DNA from: a virus
Lineage: Duplodnaviria; Caudoviricetes
DNA length: 27,837 bases
Virus record (IMG/VR): IMGVR_UViG_3300030372_000520
Location: 1 to 27,837 of that record
Reading direction: 5' to 3' (one strand)
Part shown: piece by piece, positions 16,444 to 25,774 of the stretch
Layout: each line of letters opens with the position of its first letter
How positions within the stretch are numbered: the stretch's first letter is position 1
Notes under the pieces: generated by a model
Database searches by the model: none
What the model was told of the DNA's origin: nothing
Seen by the model: only the letters and a program-made list of their open reading frames with translations
Made by a program: the position numbers and the translations under genes

Positions 16444-17361
16444 ATGATAGATATTTTTATACCAAGTTACCATAGACCAAATAATATAAAAACAGCAAAG
16501 TATTTTATTAAAAAAATTGGTTATAACCCAAATAAAATTCATGTTGTAATAGATGATGAAGCAGATGACATTAATCAGTATATAGAAGAAACTGAAAAGC
16601 TAGGCTGTAAATTACATATATTTAATATGCAAGAATCTATAATAAAATATGATTTTGTACATAGGGTTAGCGAATTAAGGAGATCTGCTGGTCAAAGTCG
16701 CAATATGTTTTTTGATATAGCTAAAAAAATAAATATAAAATTTTATATCGTTATTGATGACGATACACAACAATACCAAGTAAGACCGTTTGCAGTATAT
16801 ACTCGAGGTGCAGTTTTAAATGATTTTATAAATGTATTTGGAGCGGTTAAGGAATTTATGCAAAAACAAAAAATAGGCGTATTCGGATTAAGTCAAACAG
16901 GTGATATGTTTTCTGTTCCAGATACAAAAATTTTAAGAAAAAAAGTTATGAATACAACCTTTTACGATACAAGATTTATTTATAGAGGCGAAAAATCTAC
17001 TTTAGATAGTGATACAAGTTTGTTTGTAAATGTAATGAACGAGGGCTTATTTACAGGTAGTATAGCGACAGGGTTAGTTTTAAATCAAATAAGTTCAGCA
17101 AAGCAAAAAGGTGGTTTGACGCCAATGTATAATCAAAATAAATTATTAAGTAAAGCGTTAGTAATTCCTGTTCAATTCCCTAGCTTATGCTATGCTGAAA
17201 GACAAAAAAAAAATGGTGCAAGATTACACCATAAAATAAATAATAGATATTTGTTCCCTAAAATAATTAAAGGTGAAAGAAGCAATATAGCATGGGATAC
17301 TTACAAAGAAGATATACCATTCACTAACGAACCAAAAAGAAATAAAAATGGACAAAAATAG
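16444..17361 (+). CDS. TAGT/GREB1-like GT-A fold glycosyltransferase
   Basis: 'IFIPSYHRP', 'VIDDE', 'AGQSRN..FD.AK', metal-binding 'IDDD', 'KVMNT', 'QKGGLT..Y', 'RLHHKI....LFPKII'. Confidence 0.7.
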   Translation: MIDIFIPSYHRPNNIKTAKYFIKKIGYNPNKIHVVIDDEADDINQYIEETEKLGCKLHIFNMQESIIKYDFVHRVSELRRSAGQSRNMFFDIAKKINIKFYIVIDDDTQQYQVRPFAVYTRGAVLNDFINVFGAVKEFMQKQKIGVFGLSQTGDMFSVPDTKILRKKVMNTTFYDTRFIYRGEKSTLDSDTSLFVNVMNEGLFTGSIATGLVLNQISSAKQKGGLTPMYNQNKLLSKALVIPVQFPSLCYAERQKKNGARLHHKINNRYLFPKIIKGERSNIAWDTYKEDIPFTNEPKRNKNGQK

Positions 17362-17704
17362 ACACATAAAAAAAGAAGCTGTTTTAGACGCTTTAGAAAA
17401 AAGTTTAGGAGTAGTAACAACAGCTGTTAAATTAGCAGGAATATCAAGAAGTATTTTTTATAAATGGCTAAAAGAAGATCAAGAGTTTGCAAAAGCTGTA
17501 AAAGAAATAGAAAACATAGCTTTAGATTTTGCAGAAAGCCAATTACATTCACAAATGAAAGACGGTAATACTTCTGCTACAATATTTTATTTAAAATGTA
17601 AAGGCAAAAAAAGAGGGTTTTATGAGAAGCAACAAATAGATATGACTACTGATGACGAACCTATAAAAATAAACATAAATTTAAATGGCAGAGATAACAC
17701 CTAA
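17348..17704 (+). CDS. terS: Terminase small subunit
   Basis: HTH 'ALEKSLGVVTTA...GISRSIFYKWL..D..F', 'ATIFYLK.KGKKRG'. Overlaps terL. Confidence 0.85.
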   Translation: MDKNRHIKKEAVLDALEKSLGVVTTAVKLAGISRSIFYKWLKEDQEFAKAVKEIENIALDFAESQLHSQMKDGNTSATIFYLKCKGKKRGFYEKQQIDMTTDDEPIKININLNGRDNT

Positions 17705-19007
17705 ATTAACTGACAAACAAATAGAAGCGTTTAATTACCTATTAGACGACACCACTAACGAGGTCTTGTTCGGTGGTTCTGCTGGTGGTGGCAAATCTTA
17801 TTTAGGTTGTGCGTTTACCATAGCACATTGTTTAAATCATAAAGGTATTAGATGTTTAATTGGTCGTAGTAAATTAGATAATTTAAAAAAGACAACTTTA
17901 AACACTTTCTTTGAAGTTTGTAGTCAATGGCAAATAGAAGCGAATAAACACTATACTTATAATGCACAAAGCAGTGTTATTAAATTCTTTAATGGTAGTG
18001 AAGTATACTTAAAAGATTTATTTCAGTACCCAAGTGATCCTAACTTTGACAGTTTAGGTTCTTTAGAATTAACATTTGCTTTTATAGACGAATGTAACCA
18101 AATAAGTGAAAAGGCAAAGCAAATAGTAAATAGTAGATTACGTTATAAATTAGATGAAAACAATTTAATCCCTAAAATGCTTTTAACTTGTAACCCTTCA
18201 AAAAACTGGGTTTACCATACGTTCTATAAACCAGGTAGAGAAAACAACTTACCTAAACACAGAAAGTTTATACAAAGTTTTGTAGATGACAACCCCCATA
18301 TAAGTAAACACTATAAAGATCAATTACAGAAATTAGATGAAATAAGCAAACAAAGGTTGTTATTTGGCAACTGGGAATATGACGACAGTTTTGATAAACT
18401 AATAGAGTATGACGCTATTATAGATATGTTTACTGGTGATTTAAAAGAACTATCAGACGGTGATTATTATATAAGTTGTGACGTTGCTAGATTTGGTAAA
18501 GATAAGACAGTTATAATACTTTGGTGTGGTTTAAATATAAAACAAATAATTACCATGAATACAAATACTATAACACAATGTGCAGAACAAATAAAGAAAC
18601 TACAAATAGAACATAATATAAATTTAAATAATATAATCGTAGACGACGATGGCGTTGGCGGTGGTTGTCGTGATATACTTCGTTGTAAGGGCTTTCAAAA
18701 TGGAGGAAAAGCTTTAAATAATGAAAACTATAAAAACCTAAAAACACAATGTTACTATGTCTTAGCTAAAAGGATTAACGATAGATTAATAAATATTAAT
18801 TGTAGTAATATAAATATTAAAAATGATATTATACAAGAATTAGAACAAGTGCGTAGAGACGCAATAGACAAAGACACTAAATTAAGTATTATATCAAAAG
18901 ATAAAATTAAACAGGCAATAGGTAGAAGTCCAGATTATGCTGACGCTATAATGATGAGAATGTTTTACGAGATAGATAAAAATGCTGGTAAATATTTTGT
19001 ACAATGA
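17685..19007 (+). CDS. terL: Terminase large subunit
   Basis: Q motif 'LTDKQ', Walker A 'GGSAGGGKS', Walker B 'AFIDE', 'TCNP', nuclease 'DVARFGKD' and 'SPDYADA'. Confidence 0.95.
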   Translation: MAEITPKLTDKQIEAFNYLLDDTTNEVLFGGSAGGGKSYLGCAFTIAHCLNHKGIRCLIGRSKLDNLKKTTLNTFFEVCSQWQIEANKHYTYNAQSSVIKFFNGSEVYLKDLFQYPSDPNFDSLGSLELTFAFIDECNQISEKAKQIVNSRLRYKLDENNLIPKMLLTCNPSKNWVYHTFYKPGRENNLPKHRKFIQSFVDDNPHISKHYKDQLQKLDEISKQRLLFGNWEYDDSFDKLIEYDAIIDMFTGDLKELSDGDYYISCDVARFGKDKTVIILWCGLNIKQIITMNTNTITQCAEQIKKLQIEHNINLNNIIVDDDGVGGGCRDILRCKGFQNGGKALNNENYKNLKTQCYYVLAKRINDRLININCSNINIKNDIIQELEQVRRDAIDKDTKLSIISKDKIKQAIGRSPDYADAIMMRMFYEIDKNAGKYFVQ

Positions 19008-19048
19008 TAAAATTTATTATATTTAAAAACTTCATTGGTATTTGTTTG

Positions 19049-19080
19049 AAAAGGGGTGTAGTTCTGTACTGCCCCTTTTT
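19049..19080 (+). terminator. Rho-independent terminator after terL
   Basis: AAAAGGGGT...GCCCCTTTTT stem with T tract. Confidence 0.8.
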
Positions 19081-19088
19081 CTATTTTT

Positions 19089-19116
19089 AAACCAGCAATA
19101 TTAATTTTATATTTAT
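19089..19116 (+). promoter_or_regulatory. Putative phage late promoter, copy 4
   Basis: AAACC(19089-19093)-N14-TATATTTAT(19108-19116)-TT-GTGT-ATG, directly after a terminator. Confidence 0.65.
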
Positions 19117-19122
19117 TTGTGT

Positions 19123-19779
19123 ATGGCAATAATACAAGTTTACGAAGATAAAAAATTAACTGAATACGAATTACCAGATAACTGGTGTGATGTTAAACTA
19201 CACCAGTATTGTGATTTTATGCATGTTATGGACGGAGAAAAAAATAACACAGAAATTATAATGCGTACTATTGAGGCTTTAACTGATTTAAAACTATATC
19301 AAATAAACAGAATACCATATAAATATATGTTTGAAGTTTATAAACATTTAGCACACCTTTTAGAGAAAAAGCCAAACAACGCTTTAGTTTTTAAGCTACA
19401 AGGTAAAGACAAGGTTTATGGTTTTCACCCAGATTTAAATAACATGACTATGGGCGAGTTTGTAGATTTAGAGACAGCTATGGAGAACCCATATCAAAAC
19501 ATGGCTAAAATAATGTGCATACTTTATAGAAAAGTTATTAAAGAAGAAGGCTCAAAATATATAATAGAAGAATATACTGGAGTAAAAGAAGAAGATCTAG
19601 AATTTATGCGCAATATAAACATGGATATAGTACATAGTGCTTCTGCTTTTTTTTTGACTTTAAAAGAGGAGTTAGTACAGAATTTAGTTCACTCTTTGGA
19701 GAATTTAACGGAGGAACTGACGGAGGAGGGGTACAAGGAGACACTGAAGAAGATAAGAAAATTGAAGAAGAAACCATAA
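19123..19779 (+). CDS. Tail assembly chaperone (gpG-like, unshifted product)
   Basis: 'LPDNW.DV.L.QY', 'YGFHPDLNNMTMGEFVDLE', 'MCILYR', 'AFFL'. Start moved to ATG 19123. Confidence 0.7.
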   Translation: MAIIQVYEDKKLTEYELPDNWCDVKLHQYCDFMHVMDGEKNNTEIIMRTIEALTDLKLYQINRIPYKYMFEVYKHLAHLLEKKPNNALVFKLQGKDKVYGFHPDLNNMTMGEFVDLETAMENPYQNMAKIMCILYRKVIKEEGSKYIIEEYTGVKEEDLEFMRNINMDIVHSASAFFLTLKEELVQNLVHSLENLTEELTEEGYKETLKKIRKLKKKP

Positions 19780-19949
19780 ACAGTAAATGGGGTTGGTACG
19801 CTATACTTTGTAATATAGCTGACAATAACTTTTTAGATATTGAAGAAATAACAAAAAAGAATTTTAAAGAATGTTTAACATATATGAGCTACATGAGTGA
19901 TTATAACCAAGAACAAGAAAAAAAAATAAATGGCAGAATTAACACATAA
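19653..19949 (+). CDS. -1 frameshift extension of the tail assembly chaperone (gpGT-like; about 275 aa with 19123-19653)
   Basis: T9 run at 19647-19655. The -1 frame opens after TAG 19635-19637 and runs to TAA 19949 with no early ATG: FDFKRGVSTEFSSLF...KWGWYAILCNIADNNFLDIEEIT...CLTYMSY. Confidence 0.75.
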   Translation, partial: FDFKRGVSTEFSSLFGEFNGGTDGGGVQGDTEEDKKIEEETINSKWGWYAILCNIADNNFLDIEEITKKNFKECLTYMSYMSDYNQEQEKKINGRINT

Positions 19950-20403
19950 CACAATAACATACAATCAAATATTAAAAAAGTTTGAGGATATAATAACAGC
20001 TAATAAATTTATAAAAACATTTGTGGCTGGTGATTTATACGAAATAGATCTAACAGAAACAACGTACATGTATGCTCATTTGTCTATTGAAAGTGCAACC
20101 TTTAATAATTCTGAATTAACATATAATTTCAGGCTTTATGTCATGGATATAGTAAACAAAGATGAAGGTAACGAAAACGAAGTATTAAGTGATACTTTGC
20201 AAGTAATAAATGACGTTATAAATGAATTTAAAAACGGCAGTGCTACCTTTGGCTTAGAAACTATGCAAGATTACGAAATACAAGATACTATTAGCTGTGA
20301 GCCTTTTACAGAAAGATTTGATAATGAGGTAAGTGGCTGGGAAGCTAATTTAGAAGTAACAGTTATGAATACTTATAACGCTTGCAATAACCCATATAAT
20401 TAA
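19930..20403 (+). CDS. Putative tail terminator/completion protein
   Basis: Acidic 157 aa, 'YNFRLYVMD', 'VLSDTLQVINDV', 'EPFTERFDNEVSGW'. Tail context. Confidence 0.55.
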   Translation: MAELTHNTITYNQILKKFEDIITANKFIKTFVAGDLYEIDLTETTYMYAHLSIESATFNNSELTYNFRLYVMDIVNKDEGNENEVLSDTLQVINDVINEFKNGSATFGLETMQDYEIQDTISCEPFTERFDNEVSGWEANLEVTVMNTYNACNNPYN

Positions 20404-20421
20404 TAATTAAATAATAATAAT

Positions 20422-20595
20422 ATGTATAAATTAAAAACAAAATTTAAAGGCAATATAGTATCAAGGGGTGGTTTTTTTTATAATCTTGATTCTGTAAAAC
20501 CAGAAAGAGTAGAGGAACTAGGATTACAAAAATATTTTACAAAATCTACAAAAAAAGAAAATGATAAAAAAACTAAAAAAACTAATAAAGAATAA
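20422..20595 (+). CDS. Small basic protein, 57 aa
   Basis: MYKLKTKFKGNIVSRGGFFYNLDSVKPERVEELGLQKYFTKSTKKENDKKTKKTNKE. Fills the gap and has an A-rich leader. Confidence 0.6.
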   Translation: MYKLKTKFKGNIVSRGGFFYNLDSVKPERVEELGLQKYFTKSTKKENDKKTKKTNKE

Positions 20596-20632
20596 AAAAT
20601 TTTTAATAACAATTTTTAAATATAAATTTTAA

Positions 20633-21100
20633 ATGGCAACAACAATAACAAATGCAACTTTAACAGTAACCTTAACAGAAAGTGTTTCTTTAAATGGTTC
20701 TGAGCAAGGGGCTTCAAATACATTAACAATATCTAACATAGACGAAATATCAAAAAGAATAGTAACAGTACCAGCTTCAGAAGTAACAGTAATTGCTATG
20801 GGTACTGCTGTCAGTAATGGTACTTTTATAGAAAGTGATGTACTATATATCAGAATTACAAATAAAGATGACGCTAACCATGTTACCTTAACTTTTAAAG
20901 ACGAAAATAATAGTGAATTTGCTCTTAAATTAGACAAGGGGCAATCATTTATTTACAATGGTGATTTAGCAGGTGGTGTAGTAGACACTATGGACGCTAA
21001 TGGCTCTGCTTTGTCTTTGGCTTTAGCAGATTTAGTAGATATTACAGCTATCGCAGATACGGCAGCAGTTGACTTAGAAATATTTGTAGCAAGTAAATAA
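20633..21100 (+). CDS. Virion structural protein, unknown role
   Basis: Thr/Ala/Val-rich beta protein, 'YIRITNKDDANHV', 'ADTAAVDLEIFVAS'. Confidence 0.6.
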   Translation: MATTITNATLTVTLTESVSLNGSEQGASNTLTISNIDEISKRIVTVPASEVTVIAMGTAVSNGTFIESDVLYIRITNKDDANHVTLTFKDENNSEFALKLDKGQSFIYNGDLAGGVVDTMDANGSALSLALADLVDITAIADTAAVDLEIFVASK

Positions 21101-21639
21101 TGGCAACTAAAAAACAAGAAAGAACAAGAAAGCTTTTAGAAGATTTTGGCAAAAGAGTTGTTAAAATGTCCAAAAGAAACTTAACTGACAAAGGGAAAGT
21201 AGCAGGTGGTACTTTACATAAAAGTTTAGGTTTTGAACTTAAATTTGAAAAAGGTGAACCTGTTTTTGACTGGGTTGGTACAAATTATGCTACCTATGTA
21301 GACAGGGGTGTAAGTGGAACAAAAAGAAAATATAATACACCTCATGCTTATACAGTTCACCAGCCACCAAGCAGTGCTTTAGACGGTTGGGTAGTTAGAA
21401 AAAATTTAGCACCAAGAGATAGTTCTGGTAGATTTACAGGCAGAAGTGTATCTTCTGTTGGTTTTAGAAAAAGCATAACTTTCTTAATAGCAAGAAAAAT
21501 AAAATCATACGGAATAAAACCTACTAACTTTTTTCAAGACGCTTTTGATAGTGTTTATAAAAATATGCCTGACCAGTTTGTAAAAGCTTTTGGAGAAGAT
21601 ATGTTAAACACAATGGAAACAGCTTTTAAAACAGATTAA
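21100..21639 (+). CDS. Putative neck/tail completion protein (HK97 gp10-like)
   Basis: Basic. 'GTLHKSL', 'YATYVDRGV', 'PPSSALDGWV', 'IARKI...GIKPTNFF'. Confidence 0.6.
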   Translation: MATKKQERTRKLLEDFGKRVVKMSKRNLTDKGKVAGGTLHKSLGFELKFEKGEPVFDWVGTNYATYVDRGVSGTKRKYNTPHAYTVHQPPSSALDGWVVRKNLAPRDSSGRFTGRSVSSVGFRKSITFLIARKIKSYGIKPTNFFQDAFDSVYKNMPDQFVKAFGEDMLNTMETAFKTD

Positions 21640-21641
21640 TT

Positions 21642-23024
21642 ATGGCAGTAACTTACGATATAAAACCTTTACAAATATATGATGGTACTAATACAGCTAA
21701 ATTTATACCAGCTTATTCAGACGCTATATTTCAAATAAAAACAAGCACAACTATATCAGGTGTTTTTAATTATAAATTTTTAGTAGATGTTTATATACAA
21801 ACTACTAAAGTTATAAGATTGAAAGTAGAACCTAATGCACAAAACAAAGGTGTTTTTGATGTTTCTAGGATTATACAAGATTATGTACAAGCAGAAGAAG
21901 TGGCTCGTGGTCAAAATTACAGCATACATAAAGCAAGAGATTTTAGCAGAAGTGACAATAACGCAAGTATGTTTTCTGTAAGAGTAGGCGAGGAATACGC
22001 TACAACGCAAGGTGGTTCAGTTGTTGTTTATGACGGTAATGGTAATACAGGTAACCCAAATGTAAATAGTGGTGGTTTTAGGTTTTGGAACGGTGTTAAC
22101 CAGTGGTCTGATAGTTCAGAAGGCAACGATGGTTTTAGAAATGACTGGCAAACATATTTTTTAAGAGGTACTGACAGGAGGGCTTTAAGTCAGTTTGCAC
22201 CAAGTAGTACAATAAAGCAAAAAATAGGTAGTAATGATTACCATACTTTATATATTATGTATGCTAGAGTGGGTGGCGATAGTAATGGTTTTGACGGATA
22301 TAGTTTAGCTGGTACAAATTCTACTTCTGGTAAAGCTGTTATAACTTTTTACGACAGTTCTGGTTCTACTACTGGCAGTGCTGTTACTTATACTACAAAA
22401 ATGTTTGACGGTGACGCTATTGCTATGGGTAACAAAGCTTCTGGTTTTGATAATTTTTTATATGTAGGTGTAGGTACTCAAAATTTAATAGATGACGGAC
22501 AAACTGTACCAAGTGATACAGCTTATTATACAGTAGTTTTTAAAAATAATAGTGATACACAATTAAGTGATATTTACTATTTTGAAATAGACGATTGCAA
22601 TAGCAAAGGATATAACCAAGTAAGGTTAGCTTGGCTAAATACTTTAGGGGGTTTTGATTATTTTACGTTTAGACAAAAAAATGTTACAGAAGTAAATAAT
22701 ATAAAAACTTATTATGGTAGACAACATGGACAATGGAACATAAATACATATAGACAAAGAATACACGAAAGAGGTAAAGCTACTATTAATGTTTCTGCTA
22801 CTGAAAAACTGTTTTTAAATACTCATTTAATTACTGAAAGCGAAGCAAGTGCTTTACAAGATCTATTTAGCTCACCAGAGGTTTATATGTTTGAAGGTAC
22901 TAAAGTGATACCTGTTTGTGTTTTAGATAAAAGTTACACAAAGAAAACAAGTGCAAATAACAAAATAATACAATACCAATTAAGTATAGAAAAAGCACAT
23001 GGAATTAAAGTACAAAATGGATAA
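21642..23024 (+). CDS. Tail structural protein (distal-tail-like C-terminal domain)
   Basis: 460 aa beta-rich. C-domain 'LAWLNTLGGFDYFTF...LNT..ITESE...LQDLFSSPEVY' typical of Bacteroidota phage tail genes. Confidence 0.6.
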   Translation: MAVTYDIKPLQIYDGTNTAKFIPAYSDAIFQIKTSTTISGVFNYKFLVDVYIQTTKVIRLKVEPNAQNKGVFDVSRIIQDYVQAEEVARGQNYSIHKARDFSRSDNNASMFSVRVGEEYATTQGGSVVVYDGNGNTGNPNVNSGGFRFWNGVNQWSDSSEGNDGFRNDWQTYFLRGTDRRALSQFAPSSTIKQKIGSNDYHTLYIMYARVGGDSNGFDGYSLAGTNSTSGKAVITFYDSSGSTTGSAVTYTTKMFDGDAIAMGNKASGFDNFLYVGVGTQNLIDDGQTVPSDTAYYTVVFKNNSDTQLSDIYYFEIDDCNSKGYNQVRLAWLNTLGGFDYFTFRQKNVTEVNNIKTYYGRQHGQWNINTYRQRIHERGKATINVSATEKLFLNTHLITESEASALQDLFSSPEVYMFEGTKVIPVCVLDKSYTKKTSANNKIIQYQLSIEKAHGIKVQNG

Positions 23025-25774
23025 TGAACACACAGCTAATAATATTTACACAAGATAATGTTAACGTCATACCAAATAATAGTTCGTTTGATAACGCTAA
23101 TACTACTGGTACTGCTATAACAGGGGGGTGGCAAATTACAGAACCTTCTGGGGCTTCTTCAAGTACAACACCTTTAATAACAGGCAGTGGGGCTTTACAA
23201 TTTTTAGGTAATACTGGTTATGGTAATCAAAGTATTAAACAACAAACAGCTTGTATTTTTAATCAAAAATATAAATTAAAATATCACATATCTTATAACT
23301 CACATTTAAATAATGCAAGTAATGACGATAAATTAAAACTAACAGGGGGTGGTAATAATATTGTAAATGCAGATGTTACTTTAGCAGATGACGTAGGTAC
23401 ACATGAGTACGAATTTATTTGCAACGTAACTAATGGATTAATAGAAATTAGATTAGATACTATTGGTGCTAATGTTACAAGCCCAGTAGGTAAAACTATT
23501 ATAGACTATATAATGATTAACCCAATAGGTGAAAAAGATACTTTAGATTTATACCAAGATGAAACTATACCTTTAACATATACTATTAATGATGTAAGAG
23601 AACTGGACAGCAAAAAAAGTTCATATAGTAAAGATTTTGATTTACCAGGTACTAAAAAGAATAATAAATATTTTAATCATATTTACGAAATTACAGCAGA
23701 TACAACTTTTAACCCATATAGAAAAGCAAGGGCAATATTAAAGCAACAAGGTACAGTTATATTTGACGGTAATTTGCAGTTAATGAAAATCAAGAAAAAA
23801 CCAACAGGTGAAATAATATACACAGTAAGTTTATTTAACGAAAGTCAAACTTTTAGTGAATTTTTAGGCAATAGAAAATTACATGAGCTACCTTTAAGTG
23901 ATTTAGAACATACTTTAGATTTTACTACTATTATGAATAGCTGGAATAGTGCTGGTGCAAGTGCAGTTGGTAGTGGTACTTATGGTAACACAAACCCTAT
24001 GGGTGATAAAATTCTTTACCCTATGGTATATTATCAAAATACCCTATCAAGTTTACCTGCAAATAAATTTAAAATAAATGATTTAAATGGCACTTTTAGA
24101 CCTTGGATAAAAATTAAAGAATTAGTAAATAGAATGTTTAACGAATCTGGCTATACTTATACCAGTGATTTTTTTAACAGTGATACTTTTGGCAAAATGT
24201 ATATGGATCTAAACTTCCCAACTGACGAAAGTTTTTATACAGCTTTAGAAAGTGATAACGTAGCTATATTGTATAACACTTTTGGTCAAAATTATAATTT
24301 ATACGCTACACACGGAAGTCATACAGCTACTTGGAACGGTAGTGCTGGTGGTTCTGGTTCTGGTGCTTCTCCTACTCTTTTTTATTTTAACGCTTATGTG
24401 AACAACTTCCCTACTACTACTGATTTTTCTTATAATGACACTACCGAAGTTTTTACCTCTAATATAGACGGATTAGTAACACACTGCTACGGCTGGTTTA
24501 GATGTCATACTTTATATGGTGGAACGATACATGCAGAATTACACCATACAAGCCCATATCAACCAAGCCCTATTGTTAGAACTGTTACACAAGGATATAC
24601 TAATACTTGGAACCATTTTGACTTTCACTTTGATTTTGGTAACCTTGTTTTAGATGACGGAGATACTGTTACTTTAAAATTTAGTGGTTCTGGCTACCCT
24701 CAATTTTCAAATGCTGGTAACGAAAGAACCGTTGTTGACGCTGGCAGTGGTACTGCTCTTGCTGATAAATCAAAATTTTATTATGACGTAGGGTTTTCTT
24801 ATATTAAGCCAAGCGAGATATTAGAAAATACAAAGAACTATACACAATGGGAGTTTTTTAGCAGTTTGATTAAGATGTTCAATCTTGTTGTTGAGCCAGA
24901 TAAAGATAACCCCAAGAATTTAAAGATAGAGCCTTATAGCGATTTTGTAGATACTGGAGAAGTAAGAGATTGGACAAGTAAAATAGACCATAGTGTAGAC
25001 GCTGATATACAAATGATAGGTGATGTAAGCAAAGAAGTTGTTTTAAAATATCAACCTGACCCAGCAGATACAGGGCAAGAAGAATATATAGAGCAATCTG
25101 ATATATCAGAAGAATACGGTAGCCATAAATACGAAACTGATAGAGATTACTACGACAACCAAGAAATAGAAATAGACGCAGGTATTTTTTCTGCTACTAT
25201 TTTTGAAACTTTTGGTGGTACTAATCAAGTCGCTATGCCTAAAATAATGGGCGAAAATGGAGAAAATATACAAAATAAACCTAGAATATTATTTAACAAC
25301 GGTTGTCATGATCTTATAGCTGGGGGTTCATGGGAGTATGAGATTATAAATTCAGCAGGTTCTTCAACTGTTTATAACTCAGGTACAAGTGGTTTAACAC
25401 AAGCCAGTAAAATTTTAGTTTTTAATCATTATGGAGACGATTATTTGAGTGCTAATTTAGGTAGTGCAGATGATTTAAATTTTGGTAACATACAACCTTA
25501 TAGATTTAACCCTACAAATACGTTTAGTACTCCACCAAACTTCCCTACAAATACTTTGTTTGTTAAATATTGGCGTGATTATATAAATTTAGTATTTAGT
25601 AGTAAATCAAGGTTAGTTATTTATGAAACTTTTTTAACACCTGCAGATATACAAACTTTTAGCTTTGCAGATACTATTAGAATCAAAGGAGAAACATACA
25701 GGGTAAATAAATTAGAATATATAGCAGGAAGCAAAAACAATAAAACAAAAATAGAATTACTTAAAATAGTATAA
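23024..25774 (+). CDS. Tail tip/hub protein with probable carbohydrate-binding insertions
   Basis: 916 aa. 'LDLYQDETIPLT..I.D', 'SYSKDFDLPGTKKNN..F', 'KMFNLV', 'DWTSKID', 'F.DTI.I....YRVNK'. N-terminal CBM-like beta domain. Confidence 0.65.
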   Translation: MNTQLIIFTQDNVNVIPNNSSFDNANTTGTAITGGWQITEPSGASSSTTPLITGSGALQFLGNTGYGNQSIKQQTACIFNQKYKLKYHISYNSHLNNASNDDKLKLTGGGNNIVNADVTLADDVGTHEYEFICNVTNGLIEIRLDTIGANVTSPVGKTIIDYIMINPIGEKDTLDLYQDETIPLTYTINDVRELDSKKSSYSKDFDLPGTKKNNKYFNHIYEITADTTFNPYRKARAILKQQGTVIFDGNLQLMKIKKKPTGEIIYTVSLFNESQTFSEFLGNRKLHELPLSDLEHTLDFTTIMNSWNSAGASAVGSGTYGNTNPMGDKILYPMVYYQNTLSSLPANKFKINDLNGTFRPWIKIKELVNRMFNESGYTYTSDFFNSDTFGKMYMDLNFPTDESFYTALESDNVAILYNTFGQNYNLYATHGSHTATWNGSAGGSGSGASPTLFYFNAYVNNFPTTTDFSYNDTTEVFTSNIDGLVTHCYGWFRCHTLYGGTIHAELHHTSPYQPSPIVRTVTQGYTNTWNHFDFHFDFGNLVLDDGDTVTLKFSGSGYPQFSNAGNERTVVDAGSGTALADKSKFYYDVGFSYIKPSEILENTKNYTQWEFFSSLIKMFNLVVEPDKDNPKNLKIEPYSDFVDTGEVRDWTSKIDHSVDADIQMIGDVSKEVVLKYQPDPADTGQEEYIEQSDISEEYGSHKYETDRDYYDNQEIEIDAGIFSATIFETFGGTNQVAMPKIMGENGENIQNKPRILFNNGCHDLIAGGSWEYEIINSAGSSTVYNSGTSGLTQASKILVFNHYGDDYLSANLGSADDLNFGNIQPYRFNPTNTFSTPPNFPTNTLFVKYWRDYINLVFSSKSRLVIYETFLTPADIQTFSFADTIRIKGETYRVNKLEYIAGSKNNKTKIELLKIV

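Noticed and set aside
18946-19035. 29-codon minus-strand ORF starting at the CAT at 19033-19035
   Set aside because: Antisense to the terL end with no supporting promoter. The + strand RNA interpretation is reported instead.
19708-19730. ACGGAGGA direct repeat resembling Shine-Dalgarno sites
   Set aside because: No suitably spaced ATG follows, and it is explained by dual coding (TEE in one frame, GG in the other).
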